Shown here in pieces: positions 1-9,178 of a DNA stretch of 64,000 bases. The translations under genes and the position numbers were made by a program. The notes beneath the pieces are model-generated. The model worked only from the letters and a program-made list of their open reading frames with translations. It was not told the origin of the DNA and ran no database searches. The stretch lies in the NCBI GenBank assembly GCA_965223415.1, contig OZ245002.1:2816001-2880000 (forward strand), in the 5' to 3' direction. The DNA comes from Myxococcota bacterium. GTDB taxonomy: Bacteria; Myxococcota_A; UBA9160; UBA6930. The stretch's first letter is position 1; the number at the start of each line of letters is the position of its first letter.

Positions 1-627
1 CACCACGGCGTCGGTGCACTCACCCTTGACCAGCCCGGCGATGCCCTGGATATCGACCAGGGCGTTCGTCGGGTTGGCCGGCGTCTCGATGATGACGGCG
101 GCGACGCGCTCGCCGGCGATTTTCTCGCGCAGGGCCGGCGCCAGCTCCGCCGTGGGCACGCCGGCCGGGAAGGCGACGCGGCGGATGCCGAACTCGGGAA
201 GCACCACCCGCAGCAGGTGATCCGTGCCGCCGTAGAGCGGCGCGCTGTGCACGACGACGTCGCCGGGCCTCGCGTGGGCCAGCAGGCTGGTGGCGATGGC
301 CGCCATGCCGCTCACGAAGACGACGCCTTCCTCCGCGCCGTCCCAGAGCGTCAGACGATCCTCGAGGATCTCGAGGTCCGGGTTGTTCAGCCGGCTGTAG
401 ATGAGCCCGGGCTCCTCGCCGGGGCCCGGATCTCGCAAGCCGTAGGCCATCTCGAAGAAGGCCTTGCCGGCTTCGGCGCTCTCGAAGACGAAGGTCGACG
501 TCTGGAAGATGGGGCTCTTCAGCGCGCCTTCCGAGAGCCGCGGGTCGTAGCCGTAGCTCATCATCAGGGTTTCGGGGCGGAGCCTGCGCCCGCCGATGCT
601 TCGCTCCCGTTCGCGGTCCCGACTCAT
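1..627 (-). CDS. Cystathionine gamma-synthase / methionine gamma-lyase family PLP enzyme (runs off window start)
   Basis: Not in the ORF track. Hand translation from ATG at 627 gives MSRDRE...PETLMMSYGYDP...KSPIFQTSTFVF...IYSRLNNP...SGMAAI...LYGGT, typical Cys/Met metabolism PLP-family motifs. The ATG overlaps the upstream stop (ATGA). Confidence 0.85.
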   Translation of the reverse strand, partial: MSRDRERERSIGGRRLRPETLMMSYGYDPRLSEGALKSPIFQTSTFVFESAEAGKAFFEMAYGLRDPGPGEEPGLIYSRLNNPDLEILEDRLTLWDGAEEGVVFVSGMAAIATSLLAHARPGDVVVHSAPLYGGTDHLLRVVLPEFGIRRVAFPAGVPTAELAPALREKIAGERVAAVIIETPANPTNALVDIQGIAGLVKGECTDAVV

Positions 628-1247
628 CGATAGGCCCTCCCGATGGGGTTCTCCGCGTCGGAGCGGCGCGCCTGGGCGATGCAGGCCAGCAGCCGCGCCG
701 TCGTTCCCTCGAGTGAGCGCAGCGTGTGGGGGAGACGGGAGTCGTAGTAGATGGCGTCGCCGGGGCCCAGGCGATGGACGTCGCCGCCGACCTCCACCTC
801 GAGCTGACCGGCCAGCAGGAAGAGGAACTCCTCTCCCTCGTGGCTGCTCGGCTGGAGCGGGCGCTCCTGGCCCGGCGGCACCTCGATCAGGAAGGGCGCC
901 ATCAGCTTCTCGGTCAGCCCGTGGGAGAGCGCGTGGTAGCGGTAGCCGAGGCCCGCCGCCGCGTCGCCGCCGGCGCGCACGCTCCAGCGCTGGTCGGCCC
1001 GCACCACCTCGACGCGCTTCTCGGGCAGCGTCGTCTGGAAGAAGTGGCCGACACTCACGTCGAGCACGCCGGCGAAGCGGACCAGCTCGCCGACGGAAGG
1101 TGCGGCGTCGCCGGACTCGAAGGCCCGGAGCTGCGCCTCCTCGATGCCCGCCTTCTCCGCGAGGCGGGCGACGTCGAGGCCCCGGTCTTCCCGCAGGCGG
1201 CGGATCCTCTCGCCGAGGTTCAGCTCGTGGAAGGCGGCTTCGCTCAT
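624..1247 (-). CDS. XRE-family HTH transcriptional regulator with C-terminal cupin domain
   Basis: LGERIRRLRE..LAEKAGI..FESG..PS HTH; cupin HEGEEFLFLLAG...GDAIYYDSRLPH. Confidence 0.9.
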   Translation of the reverse strand: MSEAAFHELNLGERIRRLREDRGLDVARLAEKAGIEEAQLRAFESGDAAPSVGELVRFAGVLDVSVGHFFQTTLPEKRVEVVRADQRWSVRAGGDAAAGLGYRYHALSHGLTEKLMAPFLIEVPPGQERPLQPSSHEGEEFLFLLAGQLEVEVGGDVHRLGPGDAIYYDSRLPHTLRSLEGTTARLLACIAQARRSDAENPIGRAYR

Positions 1248-2587
1248 GCTCCGTCCTCCGCCCCGGCGTCCGGGAAGACGTCGGGGAAGTCGGCCTGCTC
1301 CAGGATGGCGGCCAGGTCGCGCACGAAGAGCGCGGCGTCCTGTCCATCGGCGATGCGGTGGTCGACGCTCACCGAGAGGTTCATCACTTCCCGGGGTTGC
1401 AGCACGTCGCCGACGTAGCGCGGCAGCGTGCGCACGGCGTTCACGCCGAGGATCGCGACCTCCGGGTGGTTCACGATCGGCGTCGAGACGATTCCGCCCA
1501 GCTTCCCGAGGGAGGTGATGGTGAAGGTGCCACCGCGCAGCTGCGCCGGGACGAGCTTGCCCTCTCGTGCGAGGCCCGCGAGGGAGGCGATCTGGCCCGA
1601 GAGGCTGCGCGTGTCGAGGATCTGGGCGTTCGAGATCACCGGCACGACGAGCCCTTCCTCCGCCGCCACGGCGATCCCCAGATGGACGCGGCCCTTCAGC
1701 ACGATCTCGCCGCGCTCGTCGTCGATGCTGGCGTTGAGCCGTGGATAGCCCGGCAGGACGCGCAGCACGGCGCGGGCGATGAAGGCCAGGGGCGAGAGCT
1801 CCGGGCAGGTTCGCCCGCGGCGGCCCATCAGCTCGCTCACGTCGAGCTCCTCGACGTAGGTGAAGTGGGCGGCGCGGCGCCGGGCCTCCTGCATGTGGCG
1901 GGCGATGGCGCGTCGCACGCCACGGAGCGGCTGGCGCTGCCAGTCGCTGGGATCCGCGGACTCGGTCCTTGGCGTGGCGGGCGCCTGCCGAGCGGGTACG
2001 GCCTCGGCGCTCGCCGGCTCCGCGGACGCTCCGGTCGGCCCTGCGGGAGCCGCTGCGGGGCGGGCAGCCGCCGCCTCCACGTCCCGCCGCATGATCCGTC
2101 CGCCCGGTCCACTGCCCTGCACCGCCGACAGGTCGACGCCCGTGCGTTCGGCCAGGGCGCGTACCGCCGGAACGGCCCGCACACCGTCGGCGGTGCCACC
2201 GGTCGCCTTCTGGCCGGAGACGGGACGGGAAGGCATCGCCGGCGGCTCGCTCGCTCCGGCCGGTGCCGCAGCAGGCGCGGGCGGCGTTGCGACCGGCGGC
2301 GGCGCCGCCCGCACGTCATCCGCCGCGGGTGCCGACGCCGCGGCCGGTGCGGCGCCGTCGTCGATCTCGATCAGCACCTCGCCCACGGGCACGATATCGC
2401 CTTCCGCGTAGCAGAGCTTCGCCACGGTGCCGGCGGCCGGCGACGGGATCTCGACGTTCGCCTTGTCGGTCATCAGCTCGACCAGTACCTGGTCGAGGGC
2501 CACGGCCTCGCCCTCCGTCACCTTCCACTCGACCACCTCGGCCTCGACGACACCTTCACCGATGTCCGGGAGCTTGAAACGGAACAT
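1244..2587 (-). CDS. 2-oxoacid dehydrogenase E2, dihydrolipoamide acyltransferase (branched-chain type)
   Basis: Lipoyl domain (MTDKANVE), E3-binding domain (GSGPGGRI), catalytic DHRIADG. Confidence 0.92.
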   Translation of the reverse strand: MFRFKLPDIGEGVVEAEVVEWKVTEGEAVALDQVLVELMTDKANVEIPSPAAGTVAKLCYAEGDIVPVGEVLIEIDDGAAPAAASAPAADDVRAAPPPVATPPAPAAAPAGASEPPAMPSRPVSGQKATGGTADGVRAVPAVRALAERTGVDLSAVQGSGPGGRIMRRDVEAAAARPAAAPAGPTGASAEPASAEAVPARQAPATPRTESADPSDWQRQPLRGVRRAIARHMQEARRRAAHFTYVEELDVSELMGRRGRTCPELSPLAFIARAVLRVLPGYPRLNASIDDERGEIVLKGRVHLGIAVAAEEGLVVPVISNAQILDTRSLSGQIASLAGLAREGKLVPAQLRGGTFTITSLGKLGGIVSTPIVNHPEVAILGVNAVRTLPRYVGDVLQPREVMNLSVSVDHRIADGQDAALFVRDLAAILEQADFPDVFPDAGAEDGA

Positions 2588-2589
2588 GC

Positions 2590-3573
2590 CTAGTACTCGA
2601 TCGTCTGGGTGAGAGCGCGCAGGATGCGCTCGGCGCTCGGCAGGTAGTGATCCTCGAGGGTGTAGGGGAAGGGCGTGTCGAAGCCCGCGACGCGCTGCAG
2701 CGGCGCCCGCAGGTGATCGAAGGCCTCCGCCTGCACCGCCGCCACCAGCTCAGCGCCGAAGCCGCAGGTCATCGGCGCCTCGTGCACGACCAGCATGCGC
2801 CCGGTCTTGCGCACCGAGCGCAGCAGGGCGTGGAGGTCGTAGGGCACGATGCTCTGCAGGTCGACCAGCTCGACGTCGTAGCCCTCGCCCTCGGCCAGCG
2901 CCGCGGCCTCCTGGCAGGTCTGGAGCATCGCGCCCCAGGCGACCAACGTGGCGTCCTCTCCCTTGCGCACGACCTGGGCGCGCTCCAGCGGGAGGGTGTA
3001 GTAGTCGAGCGGGATCTCCCCCTTGGCGGCACGGTAGATGCGCTTCGGCTCGAGGAAGATCACCGGGTCGTCGCATTCCAGGGCGCCGAGCAGGAGACCC
3101 TTCGCCTCGTAGGGCCCGGAAGGGACGACCACCCGCAGCCCGGGCGTGTGAGCGAAATAGGCCTCCGGGCTCTGGGAGTGGTAGTGGCCGCCACGGATGC
3201 CGCCGCCGTAGGGCGTACGGACGAGCACCCGCGGCACGTATTGCCCGCCGCTCCGATAGCGGTACTTGGCCAGCTCGTTCACGATCTGGTCGAAGGCGGG
3301 AAAGATGAAGTCGGCGAACTGGATCTCGACGATGGGGCGCAGGCCACCCAGGCCCATGCCGATCGCCATGCCGACGATGCCCGCCTCGGCGAGGGGCGTG
3401 TCGAAGACCCGCTCCGAGCCGTACTTCTCCTGGAGACCGGAGGTCACGCGGAACACGCCGCCGAAGTGGCCCACGTCCTCGCCGAGGACCACCGCGGACT
3501 CGTCCCGCTCCATGTACTGGCCCAGCGCGTCATTCAGCGCCTGGATCATGTTCAGCGTGCCGGTCTCGGCCAT
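2590..3573 (-). CDS. 2-oxoacid dehydrogenase E1 beta subunit (BCKDH-like)
   Basis: GEDVGHFGGVFR, DTPLAE, EIQFADF, GGHYHSQ motifs. Confidence 0.93.
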   Translation of the reverse strand: MAETGTLNMIQALNDALGQYMERDESAVVLGEDVGHFGGVFRVTSGLQEKYGSERVFDTPLAEAGIVGMAIGMGLGGLRPIVEIQFADFIFPAFDQIVNELAKYRYRSGGQYVPRVLVRTPYGGGIRGGHYHSQSPEAYFAHTPGLRVVVPSGPYEAKGLLLGALECDDPVIFLEPKRIYRAAKGEIPLDYYTLPLERAQVVRKGEDATLVAWGAMLQTCQEAAALAEGEGYDVELVDLQSIVPYDLHALLRSVRKTGRMLVVHEAPMTCGFGAELVAAVQAEAFDHLRAPLQRVAGFDTPFPYTLEDHYLPSAERILRALTQTIEY

Positions 3574-3576
3574 CGC

Positions 3577-4701
3577 CTAGGGAACCTCGTAGTCGCTCTG
3601 CTGGCGGCGCCGGTGCTCGGCGAGGTAGGCGTCGCGCTGGGCCTCGAGCTGGGGGGAGACGGTCTCGAGCACGCCTTCGAAGAGACTCTCCACCCGCGGC
3701 GGCGGATGGCGCTCGCATTCTGCGAGGGTGGCGACGACGCGCTCGTCCCAGCTCGCGTTCGCCGCGGCGGCGTCCTCCTCGCTCCAGATCCCGCGCCAGA
3801 GGGCGTGGCGCTCGAGGCGCAGGTAGGGATCGAGCCGGTTCCAGGCCTCTGCCTCCTCGTCGGAGCGGTAGGCGCTCGGATCGTCGGCGGTGGAGTGGGC
3901 GCCCATGCGATAGGTCATCGCCTCCACCAGGGTCGGCCCGTCGCCAGAGCGCGCGCGGGCCGCGGCCTCGCGCAGCACGTGCACGACGGCCAGCAGGTCG
4001 TTGCCGTCCACCTGGAAGCCGGGCATCCCGTAGCCTTCCGCGCGAGCCGCCAGGCTCTCGGCGGCGGTCTGCACCGACTCCGGTGTCGAGATCGCATAAC
4101 CGTTGTTGCGGATGACGAAGACACTCGGCGTCGCGAACACGCCAGCGAAGTTGAGGGCGGTGTGGAAATCCCCTTGGGAGGCGGTGCCCTCGCCGCAGAA
4201 CGCGAGCGCCACCTGGCCGGTGCCGCGCAGCTTGGCCGCATAGCCGAAGCCCGTCGCGTGGGGAAGCTGGGTGCCGACCGGCGACGAGACCGACGGGATC
4301 GCCCACTCCTTGTAGCAGTAGTGGACGGGCATCTGGCGCCCGAGGCACAGATCGCGGCTGTTGCCGATGAGCTGGTTGAAGATCATCGGCAGCGGGATGC
4401 GGCGCCAGAGCAGGCAGCCCAGCTCCCGGTAGGAGAGGAAGATCGGGTCCTCGGCCTCCAGGGAGGCGGCGGCGCCGAGGATCGTCGCCTCCTCGCCGCG
4501 ACTGGTCATCCAGAAGCCGAGCCGGCCCTGGCGCTGGAGCATCAGGAGGCGCCGATCGAGGATCCGGTTCAGGATCATCGCGTCGAGGGCATGGCGCACC
4601 TCGTCGTCCGTGAGGAGCGCGCGGTACGCGTCCTCGCAGCTCCCATCCTCGTTCAGGATCGAGAACGGCGGCGGCCCGGTCACATGCACCCCCTGAAGCA
4701 C
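3577..4701 (-). CDS. 2-oxoacid dehydrogenase E1 alpha subunit (BCKDH-like)
   Basis: QRQGR, GRQMPVH, TPP motif GEGTASQGDF..NNGYAIST, YRMGAHSTADDP. Confidence 0.92.
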   Translation of the reverse strand: MLQGVHVTGPPPFSILNEDGSCEDAYRALLTDDEVRHALDAMILNRILDRRLLMLQRQGRLGFWMTSRGEEATILGAAASLEAEDPIFLSYRELGCLLWRRIPLPMIFNQLIGNSRDLCLGRQMPVHYCYKEWAIPSVSSPVGTQLPHATGFGYAAKLRGTGQVALAFCGEGTASQGDFHTALNFAGVFATPSVFVIRNNGYAISTPESVQTAAESLAARAEGYGMPGFQVDGNDLLAVVHVLREAAARARSGDGPTLVEAMTYRMGAHSTADDPSAYRSDEEAEAWNRLDPYLRLERHALWRGIWSEEDAAAANASWDERVVATLAECERHPPPRVESLFEGVLETVSPQLEAQRDAYLAEHRRRQQSDYEVP

Positions 4702-4788
4702 CAGCCAGTATAGGAACCGTCTACTAGGACGATCGGACGGTCGCCTGCGTTCCTGAAGCCGGGTGGGTGAATCTCCCCACCTCCCGGA

Positions 4789-5349
4789 TCAGGCTCCGGG
4801 GTCGAGGCTCCACCAGTGGAGCGCGGCGATGACGAGGGCGTGGTCGATCTCGCCGCGGCGCAGGCGATCGGGCACCTCGGCCCGGGGCACGAGCTCGACG
4901 GCCGTCTCCTCGAGGCCCGGGTTCACCACGTCGCCGACCCGGGCGCAGCCTTCCGCCAGGTAGGTGAAGACCCGGTTGCCGAACAGCGCCGGGTTCGGGT
5001 TGACGTCGCCGAGCGGGCGCACGCGGCCGGCCCGGTAGCCCGTCTCCTCGTGGAGCTCGCGGGCCGCCGCTTCCGCCGGCTCCTCCCCGGGATCGACGAC
5101 GCCGCCCGGGATCTCCAGGGTGAAGGTCCGGGAGCCGTGACGGAACTGGCGGATCATCACGACCTCGCCGGCGTTGGTGACCGGCACGACGTTCACCCAG
5201 GCGTCCGCGTCGATCCGGTAGAAGGGATGGGAGCGCCCGTCGGGAACGCGCACCCAGCTCCGGCTCACCTGGAAGACAGCGCAGTCGGCGAGGTGCTCGC
5301 GGCCGAGCTGCGGCCAGTGGCGAAGGCCTTGAGGGGGCTTCTGCGGCAT
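4789..5349 (-). CDS. NUDIX hydrolase (ADP-ribose pyrophosphatase-like)
   Basis: Nudix box GGVVDPGEEPAEAAARELHEETG. Start set at ATG 5349, 6 nt after a TACCCT -10-like box. Confidence 0.88.
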   Translation of the reverse strand: MPQKPPQGLRHWPQLGREHLADCAVFQVSRSWVRVPDGRSHPFYRIDADAWVNVVPVTNAGEVVMIRQFRHGSRTFTLEIPGGVVDPGEEPAEAAARELHEETGYRAGRVRPLGDVNPNPALFGNRVFTYLAEGCARVGDVVNPGLEETAVELVPRAEVPDRLRRGEIDHALVIAALHWWSLDPGA

Positions 5350-5430
5350 CGGCGCAGGGTAGCAATGCACTCCGGTCGCCAGTGGTGCACCGCAGACGCC
5401 GTGCAGTAGGTGCAGTACGCTCCGCGCCCC

Positions 5431-7488
5431 ATGACGGCGCAAGCGGCGGGGATCGAGGGGAAGGGGCGGCGCGGTGGCCAGCTCTTCATGGTGGGCGTCG
5501 CGATCGCTTGCGGCCTGGCCGGCGCACTGGGCGCCGTCGTCTTCCGCCTACTGATCCGGCTGTTCCAGGGCCTGTTCTTCGGCGGGCCAGCGGGCGTGGC
5601 CGAGGTGCTCGAGGAGGGCCTGCTCGCCGAGGCGGGCGATCCCCGCGCCGTCGCGCGGACCCTGGCGCCCCACGTGCTCGTGTGGATCCCGGCCCTCGGC
5701 GGCCTGATCGTCGGGCCGCTCGTCTACTTCCTCGCTCGGGAGGCGAAAGGACACGGCGTCCCGGAGGTGATGCACGCGGTGGCGCTGCGCGGCGGCGTGA
5801 TCCGCACGCGCATCGTCGCCGTGAAGACCGTCGCCTCGGCGATCTCGATCGGCTCCGGCGGGTCGGTGGGGCGCGAGGGACCGATCGTGCAGATCGGCTC
5901 GGCGATCGGCTCGGTCATCGGCCAGGCCCTGAACGTGCCGGCGCGGCAGCTGCGCACCATTGTCGGCTGCGGCGCCGCGGCGGGGATCGCAGCCACCTTC
6001 AACGCGCCGATCGCGGGCGCGCTCTTCGCCGTCGAAGTGATCGTCGGCGACTTCGCCGTCACCCAGTTCAGCCCGATCGTCATCTCGGCGGTGGTCGCCA
6101 CCGTGGCCTCCCGCTATCTGCTCGGGAACCACCCGGCCTTCGTCGTGCCGGAGTTCGAGCTGCAGGGCCCCCTCGAGCTCTTCCCGTGCATGGTGGTCGG
6201 CGTCCTGGCGGGCGTGGTCGGCACCGCCTTCGTGCGCGTGCTCTACTTCACCGACGACGTCTTCGAGCGCGTGCCTGCTCCCGAGTGGACCCGCGCGGCC
6301 ATGGGCGGCCTGATCATCGGGGGCATCGGCGTCTTCTTCCCGCACATCCTGGGAGTCGGCTACAGCACGATCGGCGACGCGCTCACCGGGAGCCTCCCGA
6401 TCGCGATGCTGGGCGTGCTCCTGGGTGTGAAGATCCTCGCCACCTCGATCACCATCGGCTCCGGCGGGTCGGGCGGCGTGTTCGCGCCCTCCCTCTTCCT
6501 CGGGGCCATGACCGGCGGGCTCTTCGGCAAGCTGCTCCAACAATGGTACCCGCTGCAGACCTCCGAATCCGGCGCCTACGCCCTCATCACGATGGGTGCG
6601 ATGGTCGCGGCGACCACCCACGCCCCGTTGTCGGCGATCATCATCATCTTCGAGCTCACCCAGACCATCGACATCATCCCTCCGGTGATGGCCGCCTGTG
6701 TACTCTCGAGCCTGGTGGCAATGTTCCTCTCGAAGGACTCGATCTACACCGCCAAGCTTCGCCGCCGCGGCATCGACCTTCACGAGACCGACGATCCGAA
6801 CGTCCTGAAGAGCCTCTACGTGCGCGACATCGTCGACCGCGAGCCCGGCGTGCTTCCGGTGTCGGCGGGGCTCCAGGAGATCTTGACGATGATCGTCGAG
6901 ACGAACCGCACCGAGATCTTCGTCGTTGACGAGGGCGGAAGACTGATGGGCGCCGTCTACTTCTCCGAGCTCCGGCGGGTGCTCCTCGAGCAGGACCACC
7001 TGCGCGCCCTGGTCGTCGCCGGCGATCTGCTGGAGGCCGGCCGGCCGACGGTCACGCTGGACGACGACCTCGACCGGGTGATGCAGATCCTGACCAGTGA
7101 GCAGGTGGAGGAGATCGCGGTGGTGGAGCGCGACGATCCCCAGCAGCTCGTGGGGAGCGTGGCGCGGCGCGACGTGATGCACGCCTACAACCAGGAGCTG
7201 ATGCGGCGGGACCTGGCCGGCGGCGTGGCGACGACCGTGGGCGTGGTGGATCGCGTGCACCAGGTCGACCTGGGTGGCGGCTACTTCATGAAGGAAGTGC
7301 TGGCGCCGAGCCAGCACCACGGCCGCTCGCTCAAGCAGCTCGACCTGCGCAGCCAGGCGGGCGTCCAGGTGCTCCTGGTACGCTCGTCGGGCGGCGGCGT
7401 GCGTGTGCCGGGCCCGGACGACGTGCTCGAGCCCGGCGACCGCCTGGTGTGCGCGGGCCCGAAGAGCTCGATCGACGCACTCGAATGA
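5431..7488 (+). CDS. ClC-family chloride channel/transporter with two CBS domains and a C-terminal TrkA_C domain
   Basis: GHGVP, GREGP, FNAP, GGVFAP, IYT motifs; CBS pair; TrkA_C-like tail (PGPDDVLEPGDRLV). Confidence 0.9.
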   Translation: MTAQAAGIEGKGRRGGQLFMVGVAIACGLAGALGAVVFRLLIRLFQGLFFGGPAGVAEVLEEGLLAEAGDPRAVARTLAPHVLVWIPALGGLIVGPLVYFLAREAKGHGVPEVMHAVALRGGVIRTRIVAVKTVASAISIGSGGSVGREGPIVQIGSAIGSVIGQALNVPARQLRTIVGCGAAAGIAATFNAPIAGALFAVEVIVGDFAVTQFSPIVISAVVATVASRYLLGNHPAFVVPEFELQGPLELFPCMVVGVLAGVVGTAFVRVLYFTDDVFERVPAPEWTRAAMGGLIIGGIGVFFPHILGVGYSTIGDALTGSLPIAMLGVLLGVKILATSITIGSGGSGGVFAPSLFLGAMTGGLFGKLLQQWYPLQTSESGAYALITMGAMVAATTHAPLSAIIIIFELTQTIDIIPPVMAACVLSSLVAMFLSKDSIYTAKLRRRGIDLHETDDPNVLKSLYVRDIVDREPGVLPVSAGLQEILTMIVETNRTEIFVVDEGGRLMGAVYFSELRRVLLEQDHLRALVVAGDLLEAGRPTVTLDDDLDRVMQILTSEQVEEIAVVERDDPQQLVGSVARRDVMHAYNQELMRRDLAGGVATTVGVVDRVHQVDLGGGYFMKEVLAPSQHHGRSLKQLDLRSQAGVQVLLVRSSGGGVRVPGPDDVLEPGDRLVCAGPKSSIDALE

Positions 7489-7506
7489 CGCGAAGGAGTC
7501 CCGGGC

Positions 7507-9111
7507 ATGATCCACCAGATCCGCGGCTGGGTGATGCCGATCCTCGTGCTCCTGCTGGCGCTCTGCGCGGGCCTCGGCTGGGGCCTCGACTGGCTCGCGG
7601 CGCGGGTGGCGGCGTTTCCGATCGGCGCGCTCGTCCTGCTCGGGACCCACGATCTCGTCCAGGGTCGCCACAGCATCCTGCGCAACTTCCCCGTGCTGGG
7701 CCATCTGCGCTTCCTGCTCGAGGACGTGGGACCGGAGCTCCGGCAGTACGTCGTGGAGCACAACACCGAGGGGCGGCCCTTCAATCGCGACCAGCGGTCG
7801 CTCATCTACCAGCGCTCGAAGGGGCTCCTCGACAAGAAGCCCTTCGGCACGGAGCTGGACGTCTACGAGGAGGGGCACCACTGGCTGACGCATTCGCTCG
7901 CGGCCGTGCCACCGACGCCGAACGCGGAGAAGGCGTTGCGCGTGGAGGTCGGAGGCCCCGCCTGCACGCAGCCCTACTCGGCCTCGTTCTTCAACGTGTC
8001 GGCGATGAGCTTCGGCTCGCTCTCGTCCCGCGCGATTCTCGCGCTGAACGAGGGCGCGCGACGCGGCGGCTTCGCTCACAACACGGGAGAGGGCGGCGTC
8101 AGCCGCTACCACCTGGAGCCGGGCGGCGATCTGGTCTGGCAGGTCGGCACCGGCTATTTCGGCTGCCGCCGCGCCGACGGCCGGTTCGACCCGGAGCGCT
8201 TCCGCGCCGAGGCGGCTCACGAGAGCGTGCGGATGATCGAGCTGAAGCTCTCCCAGGGGGCGAAGCCGGGGCACGGCGGCATCCTGCCCGGTCCGAAGGT
8301 GACGAGGGAGATCGCCGAGGCGCGGGACGTTCCGCCGGGAGTCGACTGCATCTCTCCGCCGAGCCACCCGGCCTTCGACGGACCGACCGGACTGCTCGAG
8401 TTCGTAGCCGAGCTGCGAACCCTCGCGGCGGGCAAGCCCGTGGGCGTCAAGCTGGCGATCGGTCGGCCCGTCGAGTTCATGGCCGTCTGCCGCGCGATCC
8501 ACGAGACCGGCCTCGCCCCGGACTTCGTTGTCGTCGACGGCGGCGAGGGCGGAACCGGCGCGGCGCCGATCGAGTTCTCGGATCACATGGGCATGCCCGT
8601 CCTCGAGGCGATCGTGCTGGTGCACAACGCGCTGGTCGGCATCGGCGCCCGGCGCGACGTGCGGGTGTTCGCGGCCGGCAAGCTCGTCACCTCGATCGGC
8701 CTCGCCCACGCGGCCGCGCTCGGCGCCGACGGCGTCAGCTCGGCGCGCGGCTTCATGCTGGCGCTGGGCTGCATCCAGGCCCAGCGCTGCCACATGAACA
8801 GCTGCCCGGTCGGCGTCGCGACCCAGGATCGCCGCCTCTCCCGCGCCCTCCGGGTCGCCGACAAGGCCCTTCGCGTGGAGCGCTTCCACTCCACCACCCT
8901 GAAGGCGCTGGCCGAGGTCGTCGGCGCCGCCGGCCTCTCGCACCCGAGGGAGCTGCAGCCCGAGCACGTGTACCAGCGCGTCAGCCCCTGGGAGATCCGC
9001 CCCCTCTCCGCCCTCTACCCGTCGCTCCCGGAAGGCGCCCTCGTCCAGGGCAAGGCCCACGGCTTCCTCCGCGAAGCCTGGGACGCGGCCAGCGCCACCT
9101 CCTTCCGATGA
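7507..9111 (+). CDS. FMN-binding glutamate synthase family protein with N-terminal TM segments
   Basis: SAMSFGSLS, NTGEGG, ELKLSQGAKPGHGG, DGGEGGTGAAP, CIQAQRCHMNSCPVG 3Fe-4S motif. Confidence 0.9.
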   Translation: MIHQIRGWVMPILVLLLALCAGLGWGLDWLAARVAAFPIGALVLLGTHDLVQGRHSILRNFPVLGHLRFLLEDVGPELRQYVVEHNTEGRPFNRDQRSLIYQRSKGLLDKKPFGTELDVYEEGHHWLTHSLAAVPPTPNAEKALRVEVGGPACTQPYSASFFNVSAMSFGSLSSRAILALNEGARRGGFAHNTGEGGVSRYHLEPGGDLVWQVGTGYFGCRRADGRFDPERFRAEAAHESVRMIELKLSQGAKPGHGGILPGPKVTREIAEARDVPPGVDCISPPSHPAFDGPTGLLEFVAELRTLAAGKPVGVKLAIGRPVEFMAVCRAIHETGLAPDFVVVDGGEGGTGAAPIEFSDHMGMPVLEAIVLVHNALVGIGARRDVRVFAAGKLVTSIGLAHAAALGADGVSSARGFMLALGCIQAQRCHMNSCPVGVATQDRRLSRALRVADKALRVERFHSTTLKALAEVVGAAGLSHPRELQPEHVYQRVSPWEIRPLSALYPSLPEGALVQGKAHGFLREAWDAASATSFR

Positions 9112-9178
9112 AGAAACGGGGCCAGAGTTAAGAATTCAGTTTCTCCGAAACTGAATTCTTAACTCTGGCCCCGTTTCT
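9112..9178. repeat. Perfect 32-bp inverted repeat (REP-like palindrome, copy 1); probable bidirectional terminator
   Basis: AGAAACGGGGCCAGAGTTAAGAATTCAGTTTC-tcc-GAAACTGAATTCTTAACTCTGGCCCCGTTTCT between convergent genes; a related copy lies at 42046-42129. Confidence 0.9.
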
